Of a stretch of DNA of 41,865 nucleotides, positions 24,083 through 34,333 are shown in pieces. Location: contig CAVPXM010000048.1 of assembly GCA_963709405.1 (NCBI GenBank), forward strand, positions 1 through 41,865, read 5' to 3'. This DNA comes from an uncultured Nitrososphaerales archaeon. GTDB lineage: Archaea; Thermoproteota; Nitrososphaeria; Nitrososphaerales; Nitrososphaeraceae. The position numbers were made by a program, and so were the translations under genes. Position 1 is the stretch's first letter. Each line of letters begins with the position of its first letter. Below the pieces are notes generated by a model that was not told the DNA's origin, searched no databases, and worked only from the letters and a program-made list of their open reading frames with translations.

Positions 24083-24339
24083 ATTAAAATGCGTATTTGC
24101 TAAACATTAAAATACAATACTTGGAGGTATCTCATGCGTTCTTTGATATGTTAACTTATTAAAGCCCATTTTGTTAAGTGTTAACTTGTTAAGATGTTAC
24201 ACATCCCTGTTAATGTGGTCAATCATTATACATCAAAATTGCTTAATTTATACAAATACTCTATATCTTGTTTAAACTATTGTCGCATAAGTTCCAATAT
24301 TTGGAATAACTAATGCAAATAATGTAACATATTTAACAG

Positions 24340-25008
24340 TTAATACCTTGTTGACTTATCATTGACAGAAATAGTAGATTCATTATTAGATAAAGCATGA
24401 TTGTAAGTTTGCAATCGGCCCAAATCAGTGATATTATATTTGAAGGGCTTGTGGTTGATGTCACGATCAACATACTTCAATTCGTAGAGTTTTTTCATAA
24501 CGCGTGAAGTATGTTCCCGAGTTCTTCCTATCCCCCTTTGTATATCCCTCGAAGTCAGAGGACCATTTAAAAGCAGCTCTAGAATAGTCTCTAATGTATC
24601 ACTAGTATGAAAATATCCGTTTGATACGCTTATTTTAGGATCGTTAGATCCTTTAATCACATGTTTAGATTCTGGCAACTCATTACCTCCCTCAAAATGT
24701 TGTGATATTTGTTGTGATGTAGGGTCATCTATGACGTGATTAATGATCTTTGCATTGTTGCCTGAATTATTACTTAACTTTGATTCAAGTAAGTTCATGT
24801 TGATTTTTAATTCATTTATAATATCTTCGAATTGATCTAGTCGCTGCTTGTATTGACTAACAATTGTATCGATAACTCCTATATTTGCAAGATAGCTGGC
24901 TTTAAATCGTGATTTAATTTTATAATAAATTAACATTGCTAAGGCTCCCAAGAGAAATGATATAAGAGCATATGTTATGATATTGGTATCAAAAAATTCT
25001 GACATCAC
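24340..25008 (-). CDS. Membrane-anchored coiled-coil winged-helix DNA-binding protein (uncharacterised)
   Basis: N-terminal TM (IITYALISFLLGALAMLIYY), heptad coiled coil, polar linker and C-terminal wHTH (LTSRDIQRGIGRTREHTSRVMKKLYELKYVDRD...PFKY.ITDLG). Confidence 0.85.
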   Translation of the reverse strand: MMSEFFDTNIITYALISFLLGALAMLIYYKIKSRFKASYLANIGVIDTIVSQYKQRLDQFEDIINELKINMNLLESKLSNNSGNNAKIINHVIDDPTSQQISQHFEGGNELPESKHVIKGSNDPKISVSNGYFHTSDTLETILELLLNGPLTSRDIQRGIGRTREHTSRVMKKLYELKYVDRDINHKPFKYNITDLGRLQTYNHALSNNESTISVNDKSTRY

Positions 25009-25124
25009 ACAGTATAGTGACTAATCCGTGATTTATTCTTATATGTCATAGTTTAATTGATGCTAGAAAGGCTAGAAATAAGTTGGTCCATCTTAGATAT
25101 CACGCTAGTTATTTCAATATCACG
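24654..25124. repeat. Cluster of 9 YGTGAT/ATCACR motifs embedded in two genes and their spacer
   Basis: Sites at 24656, 24701, 24713, 24735, 24908, 25004, 25027, 25099 and 25119, with near-matches at 24428, 24458, 24503, 24596, 25016 and 25130. Confidence 0.72.
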
Positions 25125-25427
25125 TATTAGGTCACTATTCGGTTGACTTATTATGTTGGCAAGGCGATCTGACAATTCATCAATTGTATGAAAAGCTTGT
25201 TCATCTAATACGTTGATAATCCTTAACAACATCATACTATATAAGATGCCAAAAATCTTATTTTTGCACTGTCTAATTTGTCTGTAATACGCTCCGGAAC
25301 TTACGCCATTTAATAATTTTTGCTTTTCTTTTACTTTCGAAATAATATATAATTGTCTTTCAGTAAATAAAGAATTCTTAATAATGTGTCTTAAAAACTC
25401 ATTAAAATCTAAATCTCTTGCTGACAT
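25053..25427 (-). CDS. Uncharacterised HTH-like protein (sigma70 region 4/Tfx-like pattern)
   Basis: SLFTERQLYII...VSSGAYYRQIRQCKNKI resembles a tri-helical HTH, followed by a helical C-terminus. Confidence 0.75.
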   Translation of the reverse strand: MSARDLDFNEFLRHIIKNSLFTERQLYIISKVKEKQKLLNGVSSGAYYRQIRQCKNKIFGILYSMMLLRIINVLDEQAFHTIDELSDRLANIISQPNSDLIRDIEITSVISKMDQLISSLSSIN

Positions 25428-25555
25428 TTACTATACAAATTTGTATAGTAATTATAATATTAAAGTTATTCCTAATTGGCGACCTGATAATTATTTATTT
25501 GACTTGTTGTATGTCGAGGTAATAATATATTACTAGAAAGTACTGCGCAAGCAAT

Positions 25556-26293
25556 GTGAAGGATGAAATTGAACAATATATTCAACAGCAGATAAGAAAA
25601 CTCGGTACAATTTGCTTCCCTCTCATAGATTCGGAAAATGTTACAAATGCTGGCATGATTGCATCAAAGGTAGAAAGAATGGGGGCATCAGCAGTTCTGA
25701 TTGGTGGATCATCAGTAGTTGATCAGATCGACTTGGCTAAAATGGTATCCGATATTAAGGTAAATGTTAAAATCCCGGTCATATTGTTTCCTGGGAACGT
25801 CACAGGAGTGGTTCCTAACGCGGATGCTATACTCTTTAGCTCATTACTTAATTCTGAGAATCCGTATTTTATTACTGAAGCTCAAGCATTGGGATCTATG
25901 TCGGTTAAACGATATAATATCGAACCATTACCAACTGGTTATTTGATAATTGGTGAATATACTACAGCCTGGTATGTAGGTAAGGCGCGGGGAATACCTT
26001 TCGATAAATATAATATAGCTGTGATGTATTCCTTGGCTGCTCAATATTTGGGAATGAGATTTTTATATTTGGAGGCTGGTTCTGGAGCTACCCGGAATGT
26101 TTCATGTGAAATGATATCTGCCGTAAGAAAGCATTATGAAGGAGTAATCATTGTAGGTGGTGGAATACATAATCCTAAAACAGCAAAGGAATTAGCAGAT
26201 GCTGGCGCAGATATAATTGTAATCGGGACGATGTTAGAAAAAGAAGACTGGGAACAGAAGTTTTCCTCAATTATTAATTCATTAAGGCAATGA
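25556..26293 (+). CDS. Geranylgeranylglyceryl phosphate synthase
   Basis: LID, IGGS, PVILFPGN...V..NADAILFSSLLNS.NPYFI, YLEAGSGA, VGGGI, GADIIV.GT. Confidence 0.95.
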   Translation: MKDEIEQYIQQQIRKLGTICFPLIDSENVTNAGMIASKVERMGASAVLIGGSSVVDQIDLAKMVSDIKVNVKIPVILFPGNVTGVVPNADAILFSSLLNSENPYFITEAQALGSMSVKRYNIEPLPTGYLIIGEYTTAWYVGKARGIPFDKYNIAVMYSLAAQYLGMRFLYLEAGSGATRNVSCEMISAVRKHYEGVIIVGGGIHNPKTAKELADAGADIIVIGTMLEKEDWEQKFSSIINSLRQ

Positions 26294-26305
26294 GGTAATA
26301 CTTTC

Positions 26306-29300
26306 GTGACGATAGTAGAAGATTCGGAAATTTATTTGAAGGATATTCAAATGCCAGAATATTATCTAAATAACCAACGTAATATTTTGAGAAATATCCA
26401 ATGTAACTTCGAACTTGCTACTAGAGCACGTAAGGAGGGACTAGATGTTTCAGATAGAGTAGAGTCCAAAATTGCTTATGACTTGGCAGATAGGGTCGCA
26501 AAAATGCACAATATTGATATAGCAAATCGATTGCGTGTGTTACTCGCACAAACTACCAAAGAGAAGGCAACACTCAAGATTGCCGAAGAAATTGCGTTAG
26601 GAGAATATGGTACGGGTGATCTTAGAACTAGATTGGATAATGCTGTTCGTGTTAGTCTCGCAGTAGTCACAGAGGGTGTAACAGTTGCTCCATTGCAGGG
26701 AATCTCTGATGTTCAAATAAAAAATAACATGGATGGTAGTAAATACCTTTCAATATCATTTGCGGGTCCTATTCGGTCCGCAGGAGGTACAGAAGCAGCG
26801 TTGACTATGCTAATCGCAGATCATGTTAGAAAAGTCGTCCAGTTAGATAAATATGTAGCAAACTCGTATGATGATGAGGTAGGAAGGTTTCTTGAAGAAT
26901 TACGGATTTATGAACGTGAAGTAGGGAATTTTCAGTTTAAAGTGTTAGATGAGGATGTAATCAGGTGTATAACTAATTTGCCAGTAGAGCTAGACGGTGT
27001 TGATACTGATCCAGTAGAGGTCATTGGTCATAGGAACATGAAAAGAATTTCTACTGATCGAGTTCGTGGAGGTGCCTTGCGAGTAATGAACGATGGCTTA
27101 ATTGGGAGAAGTAGAAAGTTGCTCAAAATTGTTGAGCTATTGGGATTAGACGGTTGGTGCTGGCTTGGAAATCTCAAGGGTGCGATCCAAACAGGTAATG
27201 AGGATGCCGTAAATCATAGAATGTCTGAGGTGATTACGGGAAGACCGGTGCTTTCTATGACAAAGAAAATTGGAGGTTTTAGATTAAGATACGGCCGGTG
27301 TTATAATACCGGTTTTGCAACCGTAGGAATTCATCCTACGATACCCATTTTATTGAATCATGCTATTGTAGTAGGAACACAAATTAAAATGGATGTACCA
27401 GGAAAGGCATCCACAATAGCACTAGTAGATGTTATAGAAGCTCCAATTGTTAGGCTTAATGACGGCAGTGTTTTACAAGTATCCTCATCGGAACAAGCTA
27501 AAAAAATTAGATCGAGGGTTGAAAAAATACTTTATCTTGGAGATATTCTGATAAGTTATGGTGACTTTCTTGAAAATAATGCACAGTTGCTTCCTGCTAG
27601 CTATGTAGAAGAAATTTGGGCTTTAGAATTACAGTCAAAGCTTAGATCTATTCATCAATCTTCAATTAATAATGAATCAATCCATGAAAGATTAATTCAA
27701 TTGTCAAGGGAACCTTTCATAGTACTTCCTACTGTTGAAGAAGCCTTTGACATTAGTAAGAGGCTGGGAATTCCTTTGCATCCAAGATATTCCTTCTTTT
27801 GGGATTCTGTTACCATCGACGAGGTCATATTTTTGAATGAGAAACTGGAAGAGAGTCAAGTTTCCATTGATTACACCACTCTACATTTGCGTAATGATGA
27901 TCCTAGATTGAAGGACATTTTGGAGCGACTTGGCGTTGGCCATTCAATAAAGAATGAGGTCATAGTGATCAACGACTTAGAGCAAATTTATTCCCTAAAA
28001 AATTTATTGTTTTTTGAGACAAAGAAAACGAAGAATCAGATATCTTCTATTTGGAGTAATATAGGGGAAACAAAAAATGCAATTGAATTTCTTTCCAAGA
28101 TCTCTAGTGTTCCACTTATGCCAAAATTTGCTTCATCGATAGCGGTAAGAGTAGGCCGTCCTGAAAAAGCCGCAGAACGTAAAATGAAACCTCCTGTTCA
28201 TGTACTTTTTCCTGTCGGATCTAAAGGTGGCGCAACGCGCGATCTCCTGAAAGCATTAAAGGATCAGTCATTTTATGCAGAAATTGCGAACAGATTTTGT
28301 AATAACTGCAAACTTCCATCTACTGGTATACATTGCAGTATGTGTGGTGTGGATACTCCAATACGGAATTTATGTATAGTGTGTAGAGAGGAAATTACCG
28401 AGAATCCTAATAGAATGCGATGCCGTAGATGTGGTAAAGATTGTAGGACTTATTCCCCGGTTAGTTATCCATTAAAAGCAGTAATTGAAAAAGCGCAACA
28501 AAAGCTTGGTATCAAAGTATCTGAACCATTGAAAGGAGTTAAGATGCTTATGAGTAAGGATAAAGCTCGCTGAACCATTGGAAAAAGGAATCTTGAGAAA
28601 AAAACATAGCATATATACCTTTAAAGATGGTACTATCAGATTCGACGCAACAAACGAACCATTAACTCATTTTAAACCCAAATGGATAACTGCTGACATA
28701 GAAAAATTAAGAGATTTAGGATATACTAGAGATTATCTTGGTCACGAATTAATTTCGTCAAATCAACTTGTTGAACTACTAATGCAAGATGTTGTAATAC
28801 CTGTTGATTGCGCCAAACATCTACTTAATGTAGCCAAGTTTGTAGACGAAGAGCTTGTAAAAATATATCATTTAGAGCCCTGCTACAACGCATCTTCTAT
28901 TGATGATCTAATAGGCCAACTTATCGTTGGATTAGCGCCACATACATCTGTAGGTATAGTGGGAAGAATTATTGGCTTTACTAATTCGCAAGTATGTTTA
29001 GCATCTCCAGTCTGGCATTCTGCAAAACGTAGGGATTGTGATGGTGATGCAGATTCTATAATGTTATTAATGGATGCTTTCTTGAATTTCTCATATGATT
29101 TTTTGCCTGATAAGATTGGTGGTCTTATGGATGCTCCGCTATTGATTCAACCAACAGTATTACCATATGAAGTACAAAGACAGGCTCACAACTTGGATAT
29201 ATCTCAAACCTACCCATTAGAATTCTATGAGGCTACATGGAAGCAAGGCAAAGCTGGAGACTTTGTCTCTAAAATAGAAACTGTAAAAAACAGAATTGGA

Positions 29301-29792
29301 AAGGAAAATCAATTCTTTGATTACCTGTTTACACATACTACAGACTATTTGACAACTAGTATACCTCGTAGTGCGTACTCCACACTTGGTACTATGGATG
29401 AAAAATTAGAGATGCAGATCGCTACTGCAAAGTTGATTAATGCAGTAGATACTGATGAAGTGGTATCTATGGTACTGACTACACATATTTTACCAGATAT
29501 TATGGGTAATATGCGATCTTATTCATCACAAGCCTTTAGATGTAGTCATTGTGGAGAGAGATATCGTAGGGTGCCGCTTATTGGTAGATGTATTAGATGT
29601 GGTAATGCATTATTACAAACAGTTACCCGTGGATCTGTAGAAAAATACATGGGTATTGCTACAAATATGCGCAATCAATTTAAAATGAATGATTATCTTC
29701 AAAGTAGAGTAGAATCATTGATGACGGAATTGAAACTAACCTTTAAAGAAGAGAAAAAAGAACAATCAACATTAATGGAATTTATGGATTGA
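26306..29792 (+). CDS. polC: DNA polymerase D large subunit DP2; one extra C at 28568
   Basis: AGPIRSAGGT, GGFRLRYGR, GRPEKA, Zn fingers, FKDGTIRFD, catalytic KRRDCDGDAD and C-terminal PIP-like QSTLMEF. Removing C28568 gives KDKAAEPLEKGILR. Confidence 0.97.
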
Positions 29793-30001
29793 CTACATTA
29801 ATTACTCTATATTTTTAAATTGTACAAGACCCAAAAATTTGAAGTCAAAAATACTAAGCTTCTAAAAATGTACACCAGCTTCAGGTACAATGATCACTTG
29901 TACAATCAAATATTTATGATCAATAAAATAGCTAAATAATATTAGTACTAATATAAGCTTCCCATAAATACTCGTTTTCCATTCTACTAGTTGATTCTAT
30001 T

Positions 30002-30295
30002 ATGAAATACAGAAGTAGAACTGACATAGTTAAATTGATACTTGAAGCAGCAAATGGAGGAGGGGCTAATAAATCAAAGTTGATGTATAAAGCATTCTTA
30101 TCGTTTGCACAGTTAAAGGAGTATGTGACACTTCTACTTGAAAATGGCTTATTAGGATACGAAGAAGGTAATCATTTCTATAGAACAACAGATAAAGGTA
30201 TGCGCCTGTTGCAAATATATAATCGAATGGAGGAGCTAACTCTTGTCATTAGACCTGGCAAAGAAGTACAAAAATTCAATTACCAAACTTTTTAA
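30002..30295 (+). CDS. Small winged-helix transcriptional regulator, paralogue of 16985..17248
   Basis: MKYRSRTDIV.LILEAANGGG..KSKLMYKAFLS..QL.EY...YRTTDKG. Confidence 0.9.
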   Translation: MKYRSRTDIVKLILEAANGGGANKSKLMYKAFLSFAQLKEYVTLLLENGLLGYEEGNHFYRTTDKGMRLLQIYNRMEELTLVIRPGKEVQKFNYQTF

Positions 30296-30731
30296 TCCCT
30301 ATTTTGTTCATCATTGATTAATAATTCGAGACGTATGGTATATAGTGATTTTACATCTGTTTTATTTGTAGTGTCATCTTAATCAATCTGCTGTGAGTAA
30401 CAACTACAAAAGTTGAACTATAGTCTATACTTGCATATTGTCAATTGGTATACTAAATAATATTTTGGAATTATGAACCTATTTAAATTGAATATACGAT
30501 TATTTAGGATATTGTAAGTCGTATATTTACATAATATAATTGAACTACGTGAATAAGATTAATGCAAAATCTGTTATATGGTAAACATCTAACAAGATAT
30601 CATGATCTAGAATTTGAGACGAAGAAAAATAAAAAATAAGTGATACTATACTGCCTAACATAATTTGATGCAACTGTCTGATGGTCTTGGCCAATACAAA
30701 TTTAGCTTGAGGGCATTGTGTACCTAATCTG

Positions 30732-31577
30732 TTGGCGACTGCAACTTTGAGCAACGCCTATAGAAATGAAAAAGATGCTGACCTAAGGGAAAGAATTCTA
30801 CTACTAAGGCTTGTTAGAGAAGATAAGAAAGAAGCATCCAGTGTAGCTGAAAAGGAATTCCATAGATCTAGATGGTGGGCTTACAAATGGCTCAAGAGAT
30901 TTGATAATTCTGGTTTGGAAGGACTAAAGAATAAGCATAGAAGTGGTAGACCTCCAGAAGTGTCGGAAGAAACATCTACCAAGATAAGAAAAGAATAGTC
31001 ATAAAATCAATCAGGATGGATGGCTAAAGAAGTCATGAATTTGATATATGAAAGAACATGAGTCAAATATCATGAAGTTCATATCTACAGACTATTACAT
31101 AGATGGGGTTTCAGTCCTAAAGTACCAAGAATGAAATTTGTTAATGCTGCATCAAAGCAAGAGAAAAACGAGTTTCGAAAAAGGCAAGAAGGATAATCTC
31201 ACGAATACCTCAAGGCTTTACCATCACAGTTATGGACGAATCCATCTTTATACATGATTCTTTGGTTCGAAGGAAGATGTGGACTGCAGATAGAATAAGA
31301 CCAATTGTAACTATTACTGGATCACACCAAAGGACCTGTGTATTTGGTGCTCTGTGTATAGACGGAAGACAGTTCTTTCGTCAGTATGAATCCTTTAACC
31401 AATACACCTTTCTGGATTATCTCATACAATTGCAAAGAAGGTTTGGAAAACTAATATTGTTCATAGACAGAGCACGTCAACATCACCGGTCCATCATGGT
31501 AAGAGAATACATAGAGCAAAACAAAGACGTTCTAAAAGTAATATATTTTCCAAAAGGTTCGTCTGAATTTAATGCTA
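30732..31577 (+). mobile_element. Degraded IS630-family transposase, 3'-truncated
   Basis: HTH region (W.KRF...GLEGL...RSGRP), internal stops (30996 and about 31059), then DES, DRA..H and YFPKGSSEFNA, cut before the expected final catalytic Glu. Confidence 0.85.
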
Positions 31578-32742
31578 AGTCAAGTGTCGTAGTGTCTGTC
31601 GTCATTCCAAGTTCCAAATCTACTCTCTAGATAACCTGATACTGCAGCTTTCTGTTCTTCTATCTGCGTATAAAATCTGTTTGCACACACATCTGATTTT
31701 ATCTGCTGGTTTACTTTCCTTTCATTTGGATTTAGGTATGGTGCTTTCTTTGGTAGGTGAATAATGGTCAGCCAGTCTTCTTCTTTCTGTGCATTGATAT
31801 AATTCCGTACCATTAGGCTTACATGGTATGAAGCGTTATCCCATATGAGTATGAGTCTTTTCTACCAATCACTTTTCATAATGTTTCTCTTAGATTCTCC
31901 AGATGGTCAATAGTATTCGTAGAATTCATTCTATCATCATAGAAATCATACGTCATTAATTTCTCTTCAGGCCATAGCATGGATATATATGCGGAGAACT
32001 TCCTTCTACTTCCATTATGTTCTATCCTTTGTTGCTGGCCTTCAAAACTCATGGACTTGTGAATACAAGGTTTCTGTGTTATGGTAGTTTCATCTTCAAA
32101 TGCCATTATAACTCTCTTTTTTTCAGAGCTGATGCAACATGCTTGTAGTTATCCACTCTCTTTTTCCCTTGTTCATAATCCTCTCCATGTAATAGTTCCA
32201 ATTTTGGTCTTTTGCATCTAATTCCCATATCCTTAGTTATTCTTTGTAGATGTTTGAAACTGATTGGAATATCAAGCTCATCTGTAAGACACCTTGCCAG
32301 CGACCTTAGACTCCATGTATTCCTTAGATAACCAAAGATATGTGGATCGTTAAACAATGCTGAAAGGATAATCTCTTTATCCCTATCAGTTATCCTAGAT
32401 TTCGATCCTCCAGGTTTCTTGATCTTTATTCCGACTAGCCCTTTCTTAATGTATGCAGCGACCCATCTTTGTACAGATCTACTGCTAACTCCATGCTCCT
32501 TTGCTATGTCATGATAGGTTCTACCTTCTCCTTTTTGTAGTATAGCCAGCAACCTACGATAATCCTTTTTATTATCGGTACTCTTCATGATTGACTTTAA
32601 CATATTCTCCTGACCTCTAGAAAGTTTTAGAGTAGAAGGATGATTCATAAAATAGAGATATTCTACATATGTTAAGCTTTAACTATACAAAAATCTAGAC
32701 TAGATGATAAATAAAATACGACATAAATATGGACACCTCACT
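31578..32742 (-). mobile_element. IS630-family IS (ORFs 32106..32648, 31876..32106, 31580..31813)
   Basis: HTH, WSLRSL, A7 junction at 32117-32123, EDET, WDNASYH, LPKKAPYLNPNE. Imperfect IRs AGTCAAGTGTC..TGTCGT and AGTGAGGTGTC..TGTCGT, with TA on both sides (31576-77, 32743-44). Confidence 0.87.
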
Positions 32743-32939
32743 TATTCCTTTGTGCATTTATTGCAATAATATTTTATGAATCTATCTTCATTTAACCTTC
32801 CAATATTGCCTAGAAATATTTGAGGAACTCCAAGGCTTCCTTTAATTTCTTCTTGCTTTGTTAGTTTAGCAAAAGCGTAACCGCCAGATCCTAATAATTT
32901 CTTTTCCACTAAATCTTGGTTTTGGTCCATGGATAGCAT
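32742..32939 (-). pseudogene. 5' part of a conserved thaumarchaeal Zn-ribbon-like protein truncated by IS630
   Basis: EKKLLGSGG...GRLNEDRF.KYYCNKC.KE stops exactly at the IS TA target. I recall homologues continuing to a second CxxC; this needs a search. Confidence 0.7.
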
Positions 32940-33533
32940 CTATCTAAATAATCTATAATTTTAGTTCTACCCCTATCTCATCTAACAAAAAAACTGTACT
33001 TGACCAAGAGACAATCTTGCTTCAAACATTTCAATGGCGTATAATTATTACATAATTTTGTGTCCATTTTCTATCTAAGCAAAGAAAAGGTGTATTGAAT
33101 CAAACCAGCAGAACCATTATACTACTATGGATAGCCTGACGTCTATGATGGTCTGCTAGCTTAGATATGAACAAAGACGAAAGGCCCGTGCCGAATCCGT
33201 AGCAGTACAATTGAAAAGACGGCTGGGATGTTCAGGGGGGCGAGCGCCTGCTCTCGTTCTCCAGTAAATGACCTTTTCCATTATATATAAAGAAGTGCGG
33301 AGCGCAAACCCAGATCGTACTGATAACTTCATTTATCACGATCCGAACCGCATCAGGTACAAAGATCCTGAGGCACATAAATCAGAGCTATTAAAATTCC
33401 CCAAACTTACTCATGACTAGGCATCTATCCGACGAAATTAACACTAAGATTTTGTTGGCGAAACAGACGGTAAGTTAACAAGACCTGTACTAAATAGATA
33501 TAAATCAAACGGCTTCCTATTATATCTAGTGTT

Positions 33534-33950
33534 ATGATGCGACATGCAAACCGTTATAGTAGCACTGAACTAACCCCTTTGACCTTTGAGGAGATATGTC
33601 CTGCATGGTCAGACAAACTCAAGAAAGATCTCAGTAATGATGACACCCAAATACTCGTACGTAAGCCACAGCAATGTATCGTAGGCGAGGCATGGGGATA
33701 CACTTCAAGATATCTAGGATATAGGGTAGTGTATCTGATTCCATTTGTAGGATGCTGGAAATGTATTAACTATGGTAACAAAATAGGAAAAACTGCAAAA
33801 CAACATAGTAAATTGTGTAGAAATTATCTTCAGCCTATAATCGACGATTTTGTAGATCATTGGAATGAAAAACATTTGGAAATAACTTGGAAGAAGCGGA
33901 GTGAAAAGAAGGCAGAGATGTTGAGGATGACTAGTTCACTCATCACTTAG
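33534..33950 (+). CDS. Hypothetical protein with several Cys
   Basis: 138-aa ORF with CPAW, CIVGEAWG, GCWKC and FVDHWNEKH. Confidence 0.7.
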   Translation: MMRHANRYSSTELTPLTFEEICPAWSDKLKKDLSNDDTQILVRKPQQCIVGEAWGYTSRYLGYRVVYLIPFVGCWKCINYGNKIGKTAKQHSKLCRNYLQPIIDDFVDHWNEKHLEITWKKRSEKKAEMLRMTSSLIT

Positions 33951-34006
33951 ATTCGAAACAAGGCTTGGTGAATTTCATCAGCGCGCAGAAACATATCATG
34001 TCGTAA

Positions 34007-34333
34007 TTCACATCCATTCACATCCACTATGTCGGCAGCCTGAAGAATGGAAGAGTTGGTATTAAAAGCATAATCTGGAAGACTGCAACTGGAGGACATC
34101 ATGAGATATGGATAGATACGACAGCAACCGGCAGTTCATGGAAAAAAGCTGCATCAAGAGATTTCACAGAATGGGGAGATCATCAGCATTCTGATGGACA
34201 AACAACAAGTACCATAGCACCAAATCCAACGGTTGAGTTTAGGTGTGATTGCGATAAATCAGTATGGAGTAATGTTAGCCATGAGAGGAATACTGAAATA
34301 ATTGGGATATATTACTATGATATCTGGTGGTGA
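34007..34333 (+). pseudogene. Start-less open frame, probable C-terminal remnant of a secreted beta-sandwich protein
   Basis: About 108 stop-free codons (..RVGIKSIIWK..HHEIWID..SSWKKAA..VEFRCD..) with no start codon, so it is missing from the ORF track. Confidence 0.45.

Larger units (their letters stand above)
23783..24338. repeat. Cluster of 12 TGTTAA/TTAACA motifs within oriC
   Basis: Sites at 23783, 23796, 23807, 23959, 24022, 24042, 24149, 24172, 24179, 24187, 24208 and 24333. Confidence 0.75.
23734..24339. other. Chromosomal replication origin (oriC)
   Basis: Non-coding AT-rich region directly upstream of cdc6 with four ORB-like elements carrying G-strings. Confidence 0.88.

Noticed and set aside
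26306-29792. Naturally split or intein-containing PolD large subunit
   Set aside because: No intein motifs or extra sequence are present. Removing a single base restores the conserved AEPLEKGILR junction.
33160-33380. Hammerhead ribozyme, SRP RNA, RNase P RNA or group II intron end
   Set aside because: GAAA and CTGA fragments occur, but no CUGANGA core with matching stems, SRP helix 8, RNase P P4 or domain V motif could be built.
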